The notes under the pieces are model-generated. The model worked only from the letters and a program-made list of their open reading frames with translations, ran no database searches and was not told the DNA's origin. The position numbers and the translations under genes were made by a program. From Candidatus Eiseniibacteriota bacterium (GTDB taxonomy: Bacteria; Eisenbacteria; RBG-16-71-46; CAZEPH01), in the NCBI GenBank assembly GCA_044229145.1, contig JBGATO010000015.1, positions 1 to 64,000 of the forward strand: a DNA stretch of 64,000 nt, in the 5' to 3' direction. Shown in pieces: positions 9,013 to 17,596 of the stretch; the stretch's first letter is position 1; each line of letters opens with the position of its first letter.

Positions 9013-9879
9013 TTAGGGCAGGCGATACAGCAGACGCGGTCCCACGCGCGTGGCGCGGGTACTCACGCGTGACACTTGATCCAGCACGGTGTCCCACGGC
9101 CACCGCCACTCGCGATGGATGCGGCGCACCGTGTGCGGCTCGCCCTCGATGCCACCCATGCGGCCGGCGGCGCGCACGGCGTCGTCGAAGTCGCCCAGCG
9201 CGTCGACGAGACCGAGCTTCCGCGCCTGGCGGCCGGTATACGCACGGCCGTCGGCGACCGCGCGGACATCGTCGTGCGACATGTCGCGGCCGGCGGCCAC
9301 CGCGTCGACGAACTGCGCGTAGGTGTCGTCGACGACGTTTTGCAGCGACTGCCGTTCTTCCTCCGAGAGCGCGTGGAACGGCGATCCTGCCGCCTTCGCT
9401 GCTCCGGACTTGATCGTCTGCTCGCGCACGCCGAGCTTCTCCATCGCGCCCGCGTACTCGAGGTATTCCATGATGACGCCGATCGAACCGGTGAGCGAGC
9501 CGGGCTGCGCGAAGATGGTGTCGGCCGCGCACGCCGCGTAGTACGCGCCCGACGCGCCGACATCCTCGATTGCCGCCACCACCGGCTTGCCGCTGTCGCG
9601 CTTCACGCGCTCGATCGCCGTGTACATCGCCTGCGAGGCGCCGACTGCGCCTCCCGGGCTGTCGATCTCGAGCACCAGCGCCGCGACCGTCGGATCGTCG
9701 GCCAGCGACTTGAGATCGGCGATGGTGCGGTGCGCGTCGAGGATCTCGCCCTCGATGGGCACCACACCGACGCGCTTCAAGCCGATGCCTCCGAGATTCG
9801 GCACCGAGAACGCGATGATCAGACACAGCACCACGACGCCGATCGCCAGCATGCAGCCGCGTGCCGTCGAGCGTGCCAT
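9013..9879 (-). CDS. sppA: Signal peptide peptidase SppA (36K type, S49)
   Basis: N-terminal TM helix, IDSPGG, GASGAYYAACAAD, GSIGV, ADGRAYTGRQA.KLGLVD. Confidence 0.9.
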   Translation of the reverse strand: MARSTARGCMLAIGVVVLCLIIAFSVPNLGGIGLKRVGVVPIEGEILDAHRTIADLKSLADDPTVAALVLEIDSPGGAVGASQAMYTAIERVKRDSGKPVVAAIEDVGASGAYYAACAADTIFAQPGSLTGSIGVIMEYLEYAGAMEKLGVREQTIKSGAAKAAGSPFHALSEEERQSLQNVVDDTYAQFVDAVAAGRDMSHDDVRAVADGRAYTGRQARKLGLVDALGDFDDAVRAAGRMGGIEGEPHTVRRIHREWRWPWDTVLDQVSRVSTRATRVGPRLLYRLP

Positions 9880-10148
9880 CAGGCGAGGTCCACCCGGTCC
9901 ACCACGCCAACGATCACCGAGCGCACACCGCCGCGATCGCGCCGGAGCACCTGCGCCGCGCCGTTGCCTTCGTCGAGCATGAGCACCACATCCCCTTCCG
10001 CCGCGCTCACCGAGTCGAGCGCGATCACCGGCTGGCCGCGGTCGCGCCCGTCCGCCGTCAGCGGCTGCACCAGCTGCATCTTGCGCGCATCGGTGTGCGG
10101 GTGCTTGGCGTTCGAGACGACATCGCCGATCACGCGTCCGAGAATCAC
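9879..10148 (-). CDS. BMC vertex pentamer protein (EutN/CcmL family), copy 3
   Basis: MILGRVIGDVVS.AKH...ALDSVSAAEGDVVL...IVGVVD. The GTG start overlaps the upstream stop. Confidence 0.88.
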   Translation of the reverse strand: MILGRVIGDVVSNAKHPHTDARKMQLVQPLTADGRDRGQPVIALDSVSAAEGDVVLMLDEGNGAAQVLRRDRGGVRSVIVGVVDRVDLA

Positions 10149-10465
10149 GATGTCGCCTCCGCCGGCTGCTGCCGGAAGCGGTAGTCGAACGAACCGAGCT
10201 CGCGGCCTTCCACCGTGTCGACGATGCCCATGACCGCGGCGTCGACCGCGATGAACGAATCCGCCATCGCGTTCGCCGCCTCGCGGCCGCGCACGAAGAA
10301 CACCTGCTGGCCGGGCGCCGCGCTGACCAGATCGATCGCCGCGACAGTCTTGCCGGTGGGCTGCCCCGCCGCCGTGCACGGCTGCAGGATGACCAGCCGG
10401 TGCCCGGTGAGCGCCGGGATCTTCACCGTCGAGACGATCGTCCCGATGACGCGCGCCAGATGCAT
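10145..10465 (-). CDS. BMC vertex pentamer protein (EutN/CcmL family), copy 2
   Basis: MHLARVIGTIVSTVK...AIDLVSAAPGQQVFFVRGREAA...VDAAVMGIVD. Confidence 0.9.
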   Translation of the reverse strand: MHLARVIGTIVSTVKIPALTGHRLVILQPCTAAGQPTGKTVAAIDLVSAAPGQQVFFVRGREAANAMADSFIAVDAAVMGIVDTVEGRELGSFDYRFRQQPAEATS

Positions 10466-11079
10466 CAGCCGAGCACCGTGCGATCGGTGGCGACGTGCGG
10501 CCGCGCGATCACCGTGGTGGCGAGCAGCATACCGCTCTCGCGCGCCGCCTCCGCGCCGGCCTCGACCGCCGCGATGGTGTCCGGGTGCGACCCGGTCAGC
10601 GTGATGACACCCTTGCCGCCGATCGACATCGCCAGGCGCACGTGAATCAGGTCCACCGCGGCCGCCTTCGCGGCCGCGTCGGCGGCACGGATCGCGGCGG
10701 CCACCCCGCGCGTCTCGATGACGCCGAGCGCGTCGATCTGCGGCACGCTGCGCGTGGTGCGGATCGCCGGCAGCACCTGCGCGTGTACCGATGGGATCAG
10801 CAAGTGATCGAGCACCGCCGATCCGCCGACCTGCACGCCGCGCTTGACGCTGCTCTCCACCGACGCCGGATCACCGGCGACCAGGATCACGTACTTGCCG
10901 CTCGACACCGGCGTCGAATCCACCAGCGCGACCGGCGCGTCCTTCATCATCGCGTCCGCGGTGTCGTACCCGCGCGCGATCGAATCGAGTTCGAGCAGAC
11001 CGATCGCCTCGGCGACATCGGCATCGACGAGCGCGTTGACGCCCAGGCGCGGTCCGATCGCGGTCTCCGGCTTCGCCAT
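10465..11079 (-). CDS. Tandem-domain BMC shell trimer (PduT-like BMC-T)
   Basis: Two BMC domains: AIGLLELDSIARG..TADAMMK...SGKYVILVAGD and ALGVIET...AAIRAADAAAKAAAV...IGGKG. Confidence 0.88.
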   Translation of the reverse strand: MAKPETAIGPRLGVNALVDADVAEAIGLLELDSIARGYDTADAMMKDAPVALVDSTPVSSGKYVILVAGDPASVESSVKRGVQVGGSAVLDHLLIPSVHAQVLPAIRTTRSVPQIDALGVIETRGVAAAIRAADAAAKAAAVDLIHVRLAMSIGGKGVITLTGSHPDTIAAVEAGAEAARESGMLLATTVIARPHVATDRTVLG

Positions 11080-12518
11080 CACACGATCCGGAAGTTGTCG
11101 ACCAGCACGCAGCGCCGGAGCCGCGTGAAGGTGCGCGCCGTGGTCATGCCCTCGCCGGTGCGTCCGGCGATGGTGAAGCTGGTGAAGCCTTCGCCGCCGA
11201 AACCGAGCCCGCTGTAGTTCGGGCCGTTCTTGATGAAGATCGAGCAGTCCACCGCACGCGCCATCTGCGAGAGCTTGTCGATGTTGCGCGACCACATGCT
11301 CGCGGTGTGGCGGTAGCCGTGCTCCGCTTCGACGGCGAGCGCGATGCCTTCATCGACGTGCCGCACGCGGGCGATCGCCAGCACCGGCATCAGCAGTTCC
11401 GTCCATACGAACGGATGATCCACCGGTGTCTCGACGATGATGAGTCGCGTCGTGGCCGGAGCGTCGATGCCGAGTTCGCGCAGGATCGCGGTGGCGTTCT
11501 TACCCACCCACTTGCGTTGCGTGTGCGCGTGTTTGCGCGGGCCTTCCTCGCTCTCGAGGATCAGCGCGCGCAGTTGCTCGGCCTGCGCGCCGCGCAGCTC
11601 CACCGCGCCGTGCGCGCACATCGCCGCCTTGAGTTGATCCGCGACGCGATCGACGACGAACACTTCCTTCTCGTCGGTGCAGATCACGTTGTTGTCGAAG
11701 CTGGCCCCGCGTACGAGGTCGCGTCCGGCTTTGTCGATGTCGGAGGTCTCGTCGACGACGGCGGGCGGATTGCCCGGGCCCGCGGCGAAGACTTTCTTGC
11801 CGGTCTTCATCGCCTCGGCTACCACTTGCGGGCCACCGGTCACCACCACGCTGCGGATGCCGTCGTGCCGCATCAACGCCTGCGCGTTGGCGATCGACGG
11901 CTCGGCCATGGTGGTCACCAGTCCGCTGGGCCCGCCGGCCAGCGTCACCGCGCGATTCACGAGTTCGACCGCGATCTGGCTGACGCGCTTGGCGCCGGGA
12001 TGCGGCGCGAAGACGACGGCGTTGCCGCCCGAGATCATCGAGATCGCGTTGTTGATGACGGTCTCGCTCGGGTTCGTCGACGGCGTGATAGACGCCAGGA
12101 CGCCGAGCGGCGCGCGCTCCTCGAGCGTGAGACCGTGGTCGCCGGTGTAGACGCGCGGCTCGAGGTCTTCCGGGCCCGGCGTCGCATTGGCCACCAGCAG
12201 GTTCTTCGCGGTCTTGTCGTCGACGCGGCCGAGACCGGTCTCCGCCACCGCCATCTCGGCGAGCTGCGGCGCCGCTTCGCGCGTCGCCTCACGAATCGCC
12301 TCGATGGCGTTCTTGCGCGTCGCCAGCGGCAGCGCCTGGAGCGCGCGCTGCGCGTCGCGCGCCGTGCGCACCGCGGTGTCGATGTCCGCACAGACCACGC
12401 CCGCCGAGGTCGCGGCCGGACGTGGCGGCGTCACCGTCGCGACGCCGGACTCGTGCAGCCGGCGCACGACGGCGTCGACGATCGACGCGATGCGTTGCGG
12501 ATCGGGCGCGTCGTGCAC
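11079..12518 (-). CDS. CoA-acylating aldehyde dehydrogenase (EutE/PduP family) with N-terminal encapsulation peptide
   Basis: ITPSTNPSET, VTGGPQVV, AGPGNPPAVVDET, SFDNNVIC (catalytic Cys), ELLMP, GFGGEGFTSFTIA. N-terminal helix QRIASIVDAVVRRL. Confidence 0.92.
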   Translation of the reverse strand: MHDAPDPQRIASIVDAVVRRLHESGVATVTPPRPAATSAGVVCADIDTAVRTARDAQRALQALPLATRKNAIEAIREATREAAPQLAEMAVAETGLGRVDDKTAKNLLVANATPGPEDLEPRVYTGDHGLTLEERAPLGVLASITPSTNPSETVINNAISMISGGNAVVFAPHPGAKRVSQIAVELVNRAVTLAGGPSGLVTTMAEPSIANAQALMRHDGIRSVVVTGGPQVVAEAMKTGKKVFAAGPGNPPAVVDETSDIDKAGRDLVRGASFDNNVICTDEKEVFVVDRVADQLKAAMCAHGAVELRGAQAEQLRALILESEEGPRKHAHTQRKWVGKNATAILRELGIDAPATTRLIIVETPVDHPFVWTELLMPVLAIARVRHVDEGIALAVEAEHGYRHTASMWSRNIDKLSQMARAVDCSIFIKNGPNYSGLGFGGEGFTSFTIAGRTGEGMTTARTFTRLRRCVLVDNFRIV

Positions 12519-12521
12519 GCG

Positions 12522-12842
12522 CTAGCCCCGATCCCCGGCGGCCAGCGGGCCGTCTTCCTTGCGGTAGCGCCAGTCGCCTTCGATATCGAACGAGTCGACG
12601 ATCGCCATGATCACGGTGTCGACGGGCTTGTCCTTGGTCGCGTCGGTGAGCCGCGCGGACGAACCGCTGGCGCACAAGACGACCTCGCCGTTGCCGGCGC
12701 CCACCGCGTCCACTGCCACCACCACGCTACCGGTGGGCTTGAGCCCCACGCTGAGTTCCTGCACCAGCAGGAGCTTCAGCCCCATCAAGCTCTCGTCTTT
12801 GCGCGTGGAGACGACGCTGCCGATCACCTCACCGAGGATCAT
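12522..12842 (-). CDS. BMC vertex pentamer protein (EutN/CcmL family), copy 1
   Basis: MILGEVIGSVVSTRKDESLMGLKLLLV...VAVDAVGAGNGEVVL..SGSSAR...PVDTVIMAIVD. Confidence 0.92.
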   Translation of the reverse strand: MILGEVIGSVVSTRKDESLMGLKLLLVQELSVGLKPTGSVVVAVDAVGAGNGEVVLCASGSSARLTDATKDKPVDTVIMAIVDSFDIEGDWRYRKEDGPLAAGDRG

Positions 12843-12846
12843 CGCC

Positions 12847-13140
12847 TCACGCCTTCCCCGCCGGCGGACTCACCGGCAATCCGGCATCGACGTCCGACGC
12901 CGGGCGCGGAATCACATGCACACCGACCACGTCGCCGACGCGCGAGGCCGCGGCCGCGCCGGCGTCCACCGCCGACTTCACCGCCGCCACGTCACCGCGC
13001 ACGATCGCGGTCACGTAGCCGTGATCGATCGCTTCGTATTTCACCAGCTCCACGCGCGCGGCCTTCACCATCGCGTCTGCGGCTTCGACGAGCGCGATGT
13101 AGCCGCGCACTTCGACCATACCGAGGGCTTCGCCGTCCAT
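12847..13140 (-). CDS. BMC hexamer shell protein (EutM/PduA/CcmK-like)
   Basis: [23 protein letters not shown]...[12 protein letters not shown]...VHVIPRP. Confidence 0.93.
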   Translation of the reverse strand: MDGEALGMVEVRGYIALVEAADAMVKAARVELVKYEAIDHGYVTAIVRGDVAAVKSAVDAGAAAASRVGDVVGVHVIPRPASDVDAGLPVSPPAGKA

Positions 13141-13146
13141 CGTCGC

Positions 13147-13440
13147 CTACTTGCCGGCGGGCGTGTTGGGCGCCAGCAGCACGTCTTCGAGCGCCGGGTG
13201 CGGACTCGGGATGACGTGCGCCGAGATCAGCTCGCCGACGCGCTCGGCCGCCGCGCTGCCGGCCTGCACCGCAGCCTTCACCGCGCCGACGTCGCCGCGC
13301 ACCAGCGTGGTCACGTAGGCGCCACCGATCTTCTCGTAGCGGGTGAGCGACACCTTCGCGGCCTTGACCATCGCGTCGGTCGCCTCGACCAAGCCCACGA
13401 ATCCCTTCGTTTCGATCATTCCGAGCGCTTCACCAGGCAT
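13147..13440 (-). CDS. BMC hexamer shell protein (EutM/PduA/CcmK-like)
   Basis: [26 protein letters not shown]...[20 protein letters not shown]...AHVIPSPH. Confidence 0.93.
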   Translation of the reverse strand: MPGEALGMIETKGFVGLVEATDAMVKAAKVSLTRYEKIGGAYVTTLVRGDVGAVKAAVQAGSAAAERVGELISAHVIPSPHPALEDVLLAPNTPAGK

Positions 13441-13445
13441 GCGTC

Positions 13446-14156
13446 TTACCCCCGCAGCACATCGACGAATTCACCTCCGACGAGCCCGGCTGCGTTGGCG
13501 TCGTCGGTGTCCAGGTGGAGATCGAGGTGGTACTTCCCGTTCACCCGGACGAGGACATGGTCGAACACCGTTCCGGCTTCGCCACCGATGCGGATGCGCA
13601 CGCGCTGATTGGGCTCGACGCCCTTGTCGCGCGCCTGCGCCGGCGACATGTGGATGTGGCGCGTCGGGCGAATCGCCGCCGCGACGGTGACGCGGCCGGC
13701 CGGGCCGACGAGCGTCACCTCTTGCGCGCCGTCGAGTTGCCCCGACTCGCGGATCACCAGCGGCCGCGGTAGCTGCAGATGCCGCGCGTCGGTGGGCGCG
13801 AGTTCGACCTGCGTGTACGAGCGGCACGGGCCGAGGATGCGCACGCCAGGGATCTCGCGGCCGCGCGGGCCAATGACGGTGAGCGCTTCCTGCGCCGCGT
13901 ATTGACCTGGCTGCGACAGATCCTTCACGGGGCGCAATTCGTATCCGGCGCCGAATGTCGCGTCGAGCACCGCGCGGCTCACGTGGATGTGCCGCGCGCT
14001 GATCGAGGCCGGAATCTGGAAGGCCACCACGTTCGCCGTGCCGCCGAGACCGGCGCACACGCGGTCCGCGACCGCGGCCGCGAGTCGCTCTTCGTCACGC
14101 GCCAACCCTCGCCGGCGGGCAGGCGACTGCCCGAGCACGAACGTGCCGGCGGACAT
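13446..14156 (-). CDS. pduL: PduL-type phosphotransacylase (phosphate propanoyl/acetyltransferase)
   Basis: [48 protein letters not shown]-terminal helix [12 protein letters not shown]. Confidence 0.88.
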   Translation of the reverse strand: MSAGTFVLGQSPARRRGLARDEERLAAAVADRVCAGLGGTANVVAFQIPASISARHIHVSRAVLDATFGAGYELRPVKDLSQPGQYAAQEALTVIGPRGREIPGVRILGPCRSYTQVELAPTDARHLQLPRPLVIRESGQLDGAQEVTLVGPAGRVTVAAAIRPTRHIHMSPAQARDKGVEPNQRVRIRIGGEAGTVFDHVLVRVNGKYHLDLHLDTDDANAAGLVGGEFVDVLRG

Positions 14157-14307
14157 GGTGTACCCCTCGGCGACCGGATCGTCGAGCAAGCTCGGCGATA
14201 GTCGCCCGCGCGGTACCGGCGATGACGGCATGCGAGGCGTGATGGACGACCCTCGAACACGGCTCCAACAGGTGACGAACGCAGGTGGTGCGCCCAGAGA
14301 ACGTCGC

Positions 14308-14336
14308 ACCGTAACAACTTGCGGGACAAGTGTCAA
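14308..14336 (-). promoter_or_regulatory. Sigma-70 promoter of the BMC operon with an internal palindrome
   Basis: TTGACA-N17-TACGGT on the minus strand. The spacer carries ACTTG-N5-CAAGT (14317-14331). Confidence 0.6.
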
Positions 14337-14385
14337 GGACGCGGCCCGCCGTCCGGCCGGGCCACTGCTGAGACTCACGCCGGTC

Positions 14386-14958
14386 CTAGGTCCCAGGCTG
14401 GATCGGCGCCACCAGCGCGACCACTCCGAGGACGATGAACAGCGCCGCTGCCACCCCATGCAGCACCTTCATGTTGAGCCGGTGTGCCAGCGCCTCCCCG
14501 ATCCACACCGCCGGCACGTTCGCCAGCATCATCCCGAGTGTCGTTCCCGCCACCACTTGCACGAGCGACGAGTAGCGGGCCGCGAGGGCGATCGTCGCCA
14601 GCTGCGTCTTGTCGCCCATCTCCACGAGGAAGAACGCGATCAACGTCGTCACGAAAGCGCCGGTGCCGCGGAGCTTCTGCGCGTCCTCGTCGAACTCGTC
14701 GGGTTTGAGCGCCCACAGCCCAAAGGCGAAGAACGACACCGCAACGATCCACCGCAGGGTGTCCGGGCGCAGGAGGCTGGCGAGCCACGCGCCGACCGAG
14801 CCGGCGAGGAAGTGGTTGGCCAAGGTGGCCACCAGGATGCCGAGCACGATCGGCACGCGCTGCTTGAGCCGCGCTGCCAGCACGAAGGACAACAGCTGTG
14901 TCTTGTCGCCCATTTCGGCCAGGGCGACCACCGACGTCGACACGAGGAAGGCTTGCAC
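14386..14958 (-). CDS. TMEM165/GDT1 (UPF0016) family putative Mn2+/Ca2+ transporter
   Basis: Two EMGDKTQ motifs (LAEMGDKTQL, LVEMGDKTQL) in a hydrophobic protein of about 190 aa. Confidence 0.92.
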   Translation of the reverse strand: MQAFLVSTSVVALAEMGDKTQLLSFVLAARLKQRVPIVLGILVATLANHFLAGSVGAWLASLLRPDTLRWIVAVSFFAFGLWALKPDEFDEDAQKLRGTGAFVTTLIAFFLVEMGDKTQLATIALAARYSSLVQVVAGTTLGMMLANVPAVWIGEALAHRLNMKVLHGVAAALFIVLGVVALVAPIQPGT

Positions 14959-15018
14959 GGGAAGTCTCGCGGGTGTGAACGCGGCCTCGCGGGACGCCCC
15001 GCAGGCGGGAATCACGGC

Positions 15019-15047
15019 ACGCTAGCTGCCGGTTCTCGCCTCGTCAA
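15019..15047 (-). promoter_or_regulatory. Putative sigma-70 promoter for the TMEM165 gene
   Basis: TTGACG-N17-TAGCGT on the minus strand. Confidence 0.45.
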
Positions 15048-15102
15048 TTCGCCCTCGGGCGCAGATCGCCTGCGACACCGACGCCCAGCCGGCCCACGCG
15101 CA

Positions 15103-15135
15103 ACGGCCCGGTCCCCTTCGCGGGCACCGGGCCGT
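15103..15135 (-). terminator. GC-rich stem-loop after the PPIase gene
   Basis: Inverted repeat ACGGCCCGGT...ACCGGGCCGT about 25 nt after the stop. The U tract is weak. Confidence 0.4.
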
Positions 15136-15158
15136 CGTCATCGCGCAGAGGGCGGCCG

Positions 15159-17582
15159 CTATTCCGGCTGCTTGCCGAAGTACTTGATAGTCGCCTTCTT
15201 CTTCAGATCCGCCATCCAGGCGCCGTAGAGCTCGCCCCCGATGCGCGTCCGGAAGTTCGATTTGTCCTTCTCGTAGGCGGCAGGATCCGGCGGAGTGAGC
15301 GCGGTGATGTTCACCGCCGCCACGCCGTAGGTCAGGCTCAGACACTCGGCGCCTCCGAGCGGCACCGCGTCCAGCGTGTCCTCCTGCGCCGGCGTGAGCA
15401 GGCCGAGACCCTGCGAATCCTCGCCGCGCTTCCACGGGCCGATGCGCTTGAGTTCGCCGTAGCCGCTCGCCAGCGTGAAGAAGTTGCCGCCGGCACGCAC
15501 CTGATCGCGGATCGACTGCGCGCGGTTGAGCGCCAGCCCCTGCTGTTGTTCGCGGAACATCGTGCGGTCGACTTGATCGTGGATCTTGTCGAGCGGAATC
15601 GGCGCCGGCGGGAGCTTGTCGACGACGCGGAACACCACGTAGCCGCTCGACACGGCGATCGGCGACGGGCAGTAGTCCCCCGGCCGCAGAGTGCGCAGCA
15701 CGCGATCGATTTCGGGCTGCTTCCCGAGCACCGGCAACGGATCGCCGATCGGGAACGGATCCGTGCGCCGCACGCCACCGTACGGCGCGGCAACCACGTC
15801 GAAACTGCGGCCCGCGAGCAAGCGTCGGATCATCTTCTCGCCGGTCGCGCGCAACGAGTCTTGCTCGGCAGCTTTGGTGAGTTCCCCCGTGATGATGCCC
15901 GCGACGTCTTCGATCGGCGCGGTGCGCGCATCGCGCCGCCCCAGCAGCTTGATGACGTGGAAACCGTACGGTGTGCGTACCGGGCGGCTGATCTGTCCTG
16001 GTTGCCTCAGCGCGAACGCCGCTTCCTCGAACGACTCGAGCATGCGGCCGCGGCCGAACGTGCCGAGGTCTCCGCCGTTCGCCGCGCTGCCCGGATCGGC
16101 AGAGTAGAGGCGTGCGAGTTCTCCGAAGTCGGCTCCTCCGATCGCAGCCTGATAGATGCTGTCGGCGCGCACGTACGCCAACGAATCCTGGTCGCGAGAC
16201 GACCCGACTCCGGAGGGGATGAGCACGTGCGCGGCCCGGACCTCCTCGGGTGTCGTAAAGCGATCTTTGTGGGATAGATAGTACTGACGAATCGCCGCGG
16301 GCGCGACGCTCACCGGCGGATCCTTCGGCAATCGCCGCACCACCAGATAGTCGAGCACGAACCGATCGGTCGACATGTACGAGGCGATATGCTGGCGATA
16401 GTAGTCTTCGAGCTTCCGCTCCTTCGCCGTCTCGGCCTCACGCTGCAATTCGGCGACGAGGGTATCGCGTGCGACGGCGAGCGGCGGCACCGCGCCCGGT
16501 ACGATCGCCGTCACCTGATAGACGGCAACCGACGACCCGAAGGAAATCGGGCCCAGCAAATGCCCGACACCCGCCTGCACCGCGAGCCGGCCCAGGCTGT
16601 CCGGGTAGAGCGGATTCCCGTGTGCGAGGCCGATGTAGACCACCGCACTATCCACGGTCACGTGATCGGTTCCACGCTTGTCTGTCCCGCCGCTTGCCAT
16701 CAGGCGCGCGGCCACGCGCTGCGCTTCCGCGCGCGCCGCCTCGTCGGCGCGGGCGAACGCGACCCGAGCCCGCACCTGCTCGTGCACTTCGTCCAACGGC
16801 TTCGACGCACGCGTGCTGTCGATGAAGTCTTCCAAGTGCTGGCCGTAGTAGGCCACGATGTCCTTCTCGTCGACCTCCGACAGCGGCACCGTGAAATCGC
16901 TGCGGCGCACCCGGAAAGCGGTCAGATGGACTTCGGCCGAGCGCAGCGCCTCGCGCCGCCGCATGTACCGTCGCGTGATGTCGTCCTCGGTGATGCCCTT
17001 CTCGACCTGCACGATGGTGTCGGGACGAATCACCATCAACTGCCCGGCACGCACCGTCATGTACCGCGTGTAGAGCGTGCGCAACGAATCGTCGCTGACT
17101 TGTCGCCCGAGTTCGTCACGTCGCGACAAGGTCAACATGTCGGCGGTCACCAGGCGACGGAGATTGGCGGCGATCTGCTTGTAATTCGACGCCGGGTCGG
17201 CCTTGTAGCGGGCGAACTTGTCCCAGTCGGTGCTGCCGTCGGCGTTCTTGAAGTAGTCGTTCGACGCCACCACGGAGTCGACCCGCGCCTCCGGAGCGAC
17301 GATGCCCCGGCGCGCGGCCTCCTGCTTCAGCAGAGTCGCATCGATGATGTTGTTCAGCACCTCGCGGCGTGCGTGGGAGTCGACCTCCTGCGTGTAGTGG
17401 TCGCCGTATTGCTTGCGCAGGTTGGCAAAGTAGGCGGAGCCGAGGACATCGATGTTCTCCGCGGTGATGATCTCACCGTTGACGCTCGCGACCGGCGTCG
17501 GCGACTGTGCGTGCGCCGCTGGCCCGAAGAGCGCCAGGCAGACCGCGACTGCGGCGACGTTTCGCAGGATGCACCACTTCAC
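15159..17582 (-). CDS. Large exported parvulin-type peptidyl-prolyl isomerase (SurA/PpiD/PrsA-like)
   Basis: Signal peptide, VASVNGE.IT (SurA N-domain), parvulin motifs VRAAHVLI, DFGELARLYSADPGS..NGGDLG, ISRPVRTPYGFHVI. AGGAGG RBS before the GTG. Confidence 0.82.
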   Translation of the reverse strand: MKWCILRNVAAVAVCLALFGPAAHAQSPTPVASVNGEIITAENIDVLGSAYFANLRKQYGDHYTQEVDSHARREVLNNIIDATLLKQEAARRGIVAPEARVDSVVASNDYFKNADGSTDWDKFARYKADPASNYKQIAANLRRLVTADMLTLSRRDELGRQVSDDSLRTLYTRYMTVRAGQLMVIRPDTIVQVEKGITEDDITRRYMRRREALRSAEVHLTAFRVRRSDFTVPLSEVDEKDIVAYYGQHLEDFIDSTRASKPLDEVHEQVRARVAFARADEAARAEAQRVAARLMASGGTDKRGTDHVTVDSAVVYIGLAHGNPLYPDSLGRLAVQAGVGHLLGPISFGSSVAVYQVTAIVPGAVPPLAVARDTLVAELQREAETAKERKLEDYYRQHIASYMSTDRFVLDYLVVRRLPKDPPVSVAPAAIRQYYLSHKDRFTTPEEVRAAHVLIPSGVGSSRDQDSLAYVRADSIYQAAIGGADFGELARLYSADPGSAANGGDLGTFGRGRMLESFEEAAFALRQPGQISRPVRTPYGFHVIKLLGRRDARTAPIEDVAGIITGELTKAAEQDSLRATGEKMIRRLLAGRSFDVVAAPYGGVRRTDPFPIGDPLPVLGKQPEIDRVLRTLRPGDYCPSPIAVSSGYVVFRVVDKLPPAPIPLDKIHDQVDRTMFREQQQGLALNRAQSIRDQVRAGGNFFTLASGYGELKRIGPWKRGEDSQGLGLLTPAQEDTLDAVPLGGAECLSLTYGVAAVNITALTPPDPAAYEKDKSNFRTRIGGELYGAWMADLKKKATIKYFGKQPE

Positions 17583-17596
17583 GGGCGAATCTCCTC

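Noticed and set aside
9879..14156. Calling the BMC a carboxysome or a Eut/Pdu organelle
   Set aside because: No RuBisCO, carbonic anhydrase, EutBC, PduCDE or glycyl-radical enzyme is present in the window.
14959..15158. yybP-ykoY (Mn2+) riboswitch expected upstream of the TMEM165/GDT1 gene
   Set aside because: The GGGGAGUAG core is not present and the predicted leader is only about 55 nt. A CGAGAC fragment alone is insufficient.
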